IMG/VR virus record: IMGVR_UViG_3300017917_003016
Coordinates: 137,733 to 201,732 of that record
Reading direction: 5' to 3' (one strand)
DNA: 64,000 nt
Source: a virus
Taxonomy: Duplodnaviria > Caudoviricetes
Positions 59,421 to 64,000 of the stretch are shown here, piece by piece; within the stretch, counting starts at the first letter, position 1; the number at the start of each line of letters is the position of its first letter. Below the pieces are notes generated by a model. It saw only the letters and a list, made by a program, of their open reading frames with translations. It was not told the origin of the DNA and ran no database searches. The position numbers and the translations under genes are program-made.

Positions 59421-60134
59421 ATGGTAACAGTCGAAGAGCAGGGTCCTTTTATTGAAAGTTTAATTTATCTTAATCAATCTAAAGTAGTGGTTGAGATCGG
59501 AGTCGCCGAAGCCAAAACAACTGATTTCCTCTGCCGCGGCGCAGCCAGAGTTGGCGGTCATGTCTACGGTTATGATTTGTGGGATACCCATGGTCTAAAA
59601 AATCAGTTTCAGCATTGGAGTTCACAAGAAAAATGCGAAAATTATCTAAGAGGCAAGGGACACAACAATTTTACTCTTACTAAAATTGACTCCAAAACTT
59701 CAGAATTTTGCCAACTGATTAAAGATCGTCACCCTAGCATTGATCTTGCATTTATTGACGGCTGTCACAGTTACGATGGTATTAAAAATGACTTTGATGC
59801 TATCTATCCACAACTAAGCGAAACAGGAATAGTGGTCTTCCACGATACTATGAGCATTGACGGCTGCAGAGAATTTATGATCGATCTCCGCGGTAAGTAC
59901 TGGGACGGTACATTTGATGTAATCACTTTCCCGTTTGGTAGCATGGTCTATAGCGACGGCAACGTAGTAGATCGACGTACCGGAGTTAGTATTTTAGTAA
60001 AGCGCAGTTTTGCTACCCTTACCCAATCAATTGACGAAATCTGTAATCTAGAAGATAGAACTCAAGAGATTTATGTCAAGGAAGAAGAATGGTACGAAGC
60101 AGAACTCAAACGTGCTGCTAAGATGAAGAAATAA
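59421..60134 (+). CDS. Class I SAM methyltransferase (Methyltransf_24-like)
   Basis: VVEIGV, DLAFIDGCHSY, GIVVFHD. Confidence 0.85.
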   Translation: MVTVEEQGPFIESLIYLNQSKVVVEIGVAEAKTTDFLCRGAARVGGHVYGYDLWDTHGLKNQFQHWSSQEKCENYLRGKGHNNFTLTKIDSKTSEFCQLIKDRHPSIDLAFIDGCHSYDGIKNDFDAIYPQLSETGIVVFHDTMSIDGCREFMIDLRGKYWDGTFDVITFPFGSMVYSDGNVVDRRTGVSILVKRSFATLTQSIDEICNLEDRTQEIYVKEEEWYEAELKRAAKMKK

Positions 60135-60138
60135 ATAT

Positions 60139-60167
60139 TTGACTATTTGTTAATTTTCTCGTAGAAT
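60139..60167 (+). promoter_or_regulatory. Sigma70 promoter, predicted leaderless dnaJ transcript
   Basis: TTGACT(60139)-17-TAGAAT(60162); ATG at 60175. Confidence 0.7.
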
Positions 60168-60174
60168 ATATTAT

Positions 60175-61026
60175 ATGGCTAATGCATATGAAACACTGGG
60201 TGTGCCTCAAGGGGCATCCGACGACGAGATCAAGAGGGCTTATCGTAAACTAGCAGCCAAACATCATCCAGACAAGGGCGGTGACACTGCTAAGTTTCAA
60301 GAGATACAACAGGCCTACGAAACTCTGAGCGACCCCCACAAACGTGCCCAACACGACAATCCCCATCCATTTCACGGATTTCATCAGGCTGGTCCAGGAA
60401 CTCACTTTGAGTTTCACTTTGGCGGTGGTGGTCCAGAAGATATTTTTCAACAGTTTTTTCAACACGGATTTGGCGGACCAAATCCATTTACACAACGGCA
60501 ACCCAGACGCAACAAGGATCTGCGTGTACAACTGACCATAGAACTAAGCAGTACACTGTCTCAACAACGTAAAACCATCAATGTACAGACCACTAAAGGT
60601 GATCGATACAATGTAGATGTTGACATACCACGTGGAATCAGTGATGGGACTACTATAAAGTATGGTGGTATGGGTGATAACATGTTTGACTCGTTGACTA
60701 GAGGCGACTTGTATGTTATCATTAGCGTTGTTAATGACACTGCTTATGAAATACACGGAATAAATTTGGTTTCAAATATTCAAATTGACTGTATTGATGC
60801 CATGTTGGGTGTTGAAAAAATTATCAAAGGTATTGACGGCCGTGAGTTCGCAGTTAAAATACCGCAAGGTTGTCAACATGGTAGTAAATTTGGTCTGCAG
60901 GCACAAGGCCTGTATCAAATGAATTCTAATCTGCGAGGTGATCTCATAGTATCAATCAACGTATCAATTCCCACACTAAGTGATGAACAATTAAACATAC
61001 TTAGAACACTGAAATCCACCAACTAA
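60175..61026 (+). CDS. dnaJ: Class II J-domain co-chaperone (DnaJ/CbpA-like, no Zn finger)
   Basis: [17 protein letters not shown]-rich linker, C-terminal GDLYV and GDLIV. Confidence 0.9.
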   Translation: MANAYETLGVPQGASDDEIKRAYRKLAAKHHPDKGGDTAKFQEIQQAYETLSDPHKRAQHDNPHPFHGFHQAGPGTHFEFHFGGGGPEDIFQQFFQHGFGGPNPFTQRQPRRNKDLRVQLTIELSSTLSQQRKTINVQTTKGDRYNVDVDIPRGISDGTTIKYGGMGDNMFDSLTRGDLYVIISVVNDTAYEIHGINLVSNIQIDCIDAMLGVEKIIKGIDGREFAVKIPQGCQHGSKFGLQAQGLYQMNSNLRGDLIVSINVSIPTLSDEQLNILRTLKSTN

Positions 61027-61048
61027 ATATTTTATCTTGAGGTGACCC

Positions 61049-63358
61049 TTGTCTGAAATGCGTTCAAATCCTGAAATTGAAAAAATTATAACCAATGCCT
61101 GTTTACTTGCCAAAGAATACCGTCATGGTTACGTTACTCTTGAACACCTATTGATTTGTCTAATAGAATTTCCAAACTTCAATCGTCTGCTGGTTGACTT
61201 TGGTGTAGATGTTGAAAATCTAATTAGAGATCTTTACGATTATGTAGGCAAGCAAGATCATTTGGTAAATTCCTCAGAAGAAGAAATTACACCCCAGAGA
61301 ACACACAGTTTGGAGAGGGTATTTAATCGAGCATTTACACAGGTTTTATTCAGTGCTCGTGAAGAAATGTTGCCCATCGATCTGTTTCTTAGTATTAGCC
61401 AAGAACCCAATAGTCATGCAGCCTACTACCTCCTGAAGTGGGGCATTAATCGCAAGCAACTGGTTGAATTCTTTACCGAACGTAACATTGACAGATTGGG
61501 TAAGAGTGTGAAAAAAGATTCCCTGCGCAAGGACACTGCAGAAAAAATTCTTGATGAATATTGTACTAATCTTAATCGTCAAGTTCAAGAAGGTAAGATT
61601 GATCCTGTAATTGGCCGTGCTACAGAACTAGAAGAAATATCACAGGTATTGGCTCGCAGACACAAGAGCAATGTACTTATGATTGGCGACCCTGGAGTAG
61701 GTAAGACTGCTATTGCAGAAGGCCTGGCCTATAAGATTGAAAATGGAGAAGTGCCAGAATATCTCAAATCTTACACTGTTTACAATTTAGAAATTGGCAG
61801 TCTCCTGGCTGGCAGTAAGTATCGCGGAGAATTTGAAGAAAAACTCAAAGAAGTTCTGGCGGCACTGGGACAAAAGGGTGACTGCATACTGTTCATTGAT
61901 GAGGCTCATCAGATGCAGGGTGCAGGTGCTGGTGGATCTAGTCAAGTTGACTTTGCTAACATGCTCAAACCGGCACTGGCCAAGGGCACTATCAAAGTCA
62001 TTGCTTCAACTACCTTTGAAGAATATACACAAAGTTTTGAAAAAGACCGCGCACTAATGCGCAGATTCTACAAGTTGAATATCGATGAGCCAACTCCGGA
62101 TATTGCCAAAGATATTCTCTATGGCCTAAGAACTCATTTTGAAAAATTCCACGGCGGTGTTATCACTGACGATGCAATTGAATCAGCCGTTGACCTCAGT
62201 GTTAGATATCAAACAGACAAGCGTCTTCCTGACAAGGCTATCGACCTAATTGATATGAGTTGTGCCAAGGCCAAGATCAAAGAAACTGACTTTGTCATTG
62301 GCAAGGATGAAATTGTTGACACTATCAGTAAGGCAACAAAAATTCCTAGAGAAAACCTCATGTCAGAAAAAGCCACAGAGAATCTAATTACCCTTGAATC
62401 AACAATTAAGGAAAAACTCTACGGACAAGATAGTGCTGTGGATACTGTACTAGAAAAAATCTATGTGGCCAAAGCAGGTATGAAGGCTCATAATAAACCA
62501 GTGGGTAATTTTCTATTCCTTGGGCCCACCGGAACTGGTAAAACAGAACTGTGCAAACTTTTAAGCGAAGCACTGAATATGAAACTTTTGAGATTTGACA
62601 TGAGTGAATATCAAGAGAAGCATACTATGGCCAAACTTATCGGTGCACCACCAGGATATGTGGGCTACGAAGATAGCAATCTTGGCGGCGGATTATTGAT
62701 CAGTGAAATTGAACGCAATCCACACGCTATCATTCTTATGGATGAAATTGAAAAGGCACACCCAGATGTCAGCAATCTACTGTTACAGGTCATGGACGAA
62801 GGTTACATCACTGGTTCAAACGGCAAGCGAGCAGATGCACGTCATTGCATGCTGATTCTAACCAGTAATCTGGGCGCCAGTGATGCTGAACAAAACGCTA
62901 TTGGCTTTGGTCGCAGTCTGCAGAAAGAAGGAACCGACGACGAAGCGGCTAAGAAATTCTTCAAACCAGAGTTTCGCAATCGACTAGATGCTGTGGTAAA
63001 GTTTGGTAAACTTGATAAGATTTCGATGAAGAAGATTGTTGTTAAATTCTTAAATGAATTGAACACCTTGCTCGTTGATCGAAGCATTAAGATTAGACCA
63101 ACTGAATCTCTAGTAGAACATTTGGTTGATGTAGGATTTGATCCTGCTATGGGTGCGCGGCCACTTAACCGCAAGATCAATGAACTGATTAAAGTTCCTC
63201 TCAGTAAGAAAATTCTATTTGAAAGTATCGAAAACGGCAGCACAGTGTCTGCAGACTTTGCAAACAGTTTAGTAAAATTCACTGTGATTCCCCCAACCAC
63301 AGTTGATCTATTGGAAAACAAAACTGTTGACGAAAATGGATTTATTGTTTTAGAATAA
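61049..63358 (+). CDS. clpA: ClpA AAA+ unfoldase
   Basis: N-domain VTLEHLL; NBD1 GDPGVGKT, FIDEAH; PDKAIDL; no M-domain; NBD2 GPTGTGKT, DEIEKAHP; IGF loop (AIGFG). Confidence 0.93.
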   Translation: MSEMRSNPEIEKIITNACLLAKEYRHGYVTLEHLLICLIEFPNFNRLLVDFGVDVENLIRDLYDYVGKQDHLVNSSEEEITPQRTHSLERVFNRAFTQVLFSAREEMLPIDLFLSISQEPNSHAAYYLLKWGINRKQLVEFFTERNIDRLGKSVKKDSLRKDTAEKILDEYCTNLNRQVQEGKIDPVIGRATELEEISQVLARRHKSNVLMIGDPGVGKTAIAEGLAYKIENGEVPEYLKSYTVYNLEIGSLLAGSKYRGEFEEKLKEVLAALGQKGDCILFIDEAHQMQGAGAGGSSQVDFANMLKPALAKGTIKVIASTTFEEYTQSFEKDRALMRRFYKLNIDEPTPDIAKDILYGLRTHFEKFHGGVITDDAIESAVDLSVRYQTDKRLPDKAIDLIDMSCAKAKIKETDFVIGKDEIVDTISKATKIPRENLMSEKATENLITLESTIKEKLYGQDSAVDTVLEKIYVAKAGMKAHNKPVGNFLFLGPTGTGKTELCKLLSEALNMKLLRFDMSEYQEKHTMAKLIGAPPGYVGYEDSNLGGGLLISEIERNPHAIILMDEIEKAHPDVSNLLLQVMDEGYITGSNGKRADARHCMLILTSNLGASDAEQNAIGFGRSLQKEGTDDEAAKKFFKPEFRNRLDAVVKFGKLDKISMKKIVVKFLNELNTLLVDRSIKIRPTESLVEHLVDVGFDPAMGARPLNRKINELIKVPLSKKILFESIENGSTVSADFANSLVKFTVIPPTTVDLLENKTVDENGFIVLE

Positions 63359-63379
63359 ATTTTTACCGTAGTTTTGGGC

Positions 63380-63387
63380 GATAAATA
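63380..63387 (+). promoter_or_regulatory. Late promoter GATAAATA
   Basis: Intergenic after clpA. Confidence 0.7.
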
Positions 63388-63414
63388 ATATGAGTATATT
63401 ATTAGGAGCCTAGT

Positions 63415-63579
63415 ATGGCAAAGTTACATGAGGAAGTTTTAGTAATTAAAGTAAGTAAACTGTTAAAAGACAGCGAAAGCACATCAGAGATTGTCAATAA
63501 CGAAGTATTACGTAGTCTTGAAGAAGTAGTAAGCGAACTTGCAGGTGCAGGCACACTTGTAGAGATCGAAAGAGCATAA
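63415..63579 (+). CDS. 54-aa hypothetical protein
   Basis: Below cutoff; SD AGGAG; MAKLHEEVLVIKVSKLLKDSES...VEIERA. Confidence 0.75.
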   Translation: MAKLHEEVLVIKVSKLLKDSESTSEIVNNEVLRSLEEVVSELAGAGTLVEIERA

Positions 63580-63605
63580 TTTACATTTAATAAGAGAGAT
63601 TTTCA

Positions 63606-64000
63606 ATGAGCACAAAACAATCAAAGCGTATCAAACCCAATTCACCGCAAATGATCAAGATGGCCCCAGGACAACCTGTGCAGATGCCCCAGGGCGGACA
63701 GCCGCAGGGTCAACCCTTTGACTTTTCAAAGGTACACATTCACTTTGGTATTCCCTGTTATGGTGGTCAAATCACTGAACCTTGCTTTACAAGTTTCTTG
63801 CGTTTCATTCTAATGGCAAGCCGCAGCGGACTTCAGTGGTCATTGGATACCATGGTCAATGAATCACTGGTCACACGTGCTCGCAACAATCTAATGGCCA
63901 AGATGATGACCAACCAGGCTGCTACACACTTTATGTTTATCGATGCAGATATCCGCTTCCAACCTGAGGCAATCTTTATGATGTTGGCTGCAGACAAGGA
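63606..64000 (+). CDS. GT-A-fold glycosyltransferase-like protein, runs off the window
   Basis: Not in track: GIPCYGG...VNESLVTRARNNL...THFMFIDADI (DxD). Confidence 0.8.
   Translation, partial: MSTKQSKRIKPNSPQMIKMAPGQPVQMPQGGQPQGQPFDFSKVHIHFGIPCYGGQITEPCFTSFLRFILMASRSGLQWSLDTMVNESLVTRARNNLMAKMMTNQAATHFMFIDADIRFQPEAIFMMLAADK

Overview
A 64-kb segment of a large lytic dsDNA tailed phage, probably a jumbo myovirus with T4-like late transcription. Host-like genes (groES/groEL, erpA, a fatty-acid desaturase) resemble those of Betaproteobacteria. The code is standard, coding density is high and most genes are on the + strand. In order the window holds: a minus-strand membrane/desaturase operon; a sugar-modification cluster (UDP-sugar dehydrogenase, 2OG-Fe oxygenase, amidinotransferase); early genes behind consensus sigma70 promoters (uvsE, TraR/DksA, clpP, radical SAM, DNA methyltransferase, nucleases, DNA ligase); groES/groEL; a 17-kb tail-fibre/virion block; infA and erpA; baseplate-type genes; MazG, a stand-alone DnaE fragment, a second phage-type GroES, clamp loader and PhoH; a lysis cassette; dnaJ and clpA. 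The best find is a circularly permuted two-piece tmRNA gene (about 15117-15645). Its 194-nt intervening segment carries an ORF whose stop codon lies inside the mature coding piece. Processing would therefore release a near-leaderless non-stop mRNA, a built-in trans-translation substrate reminiscent of arfA control. All family assignments come from recognised motifs, not database searches.
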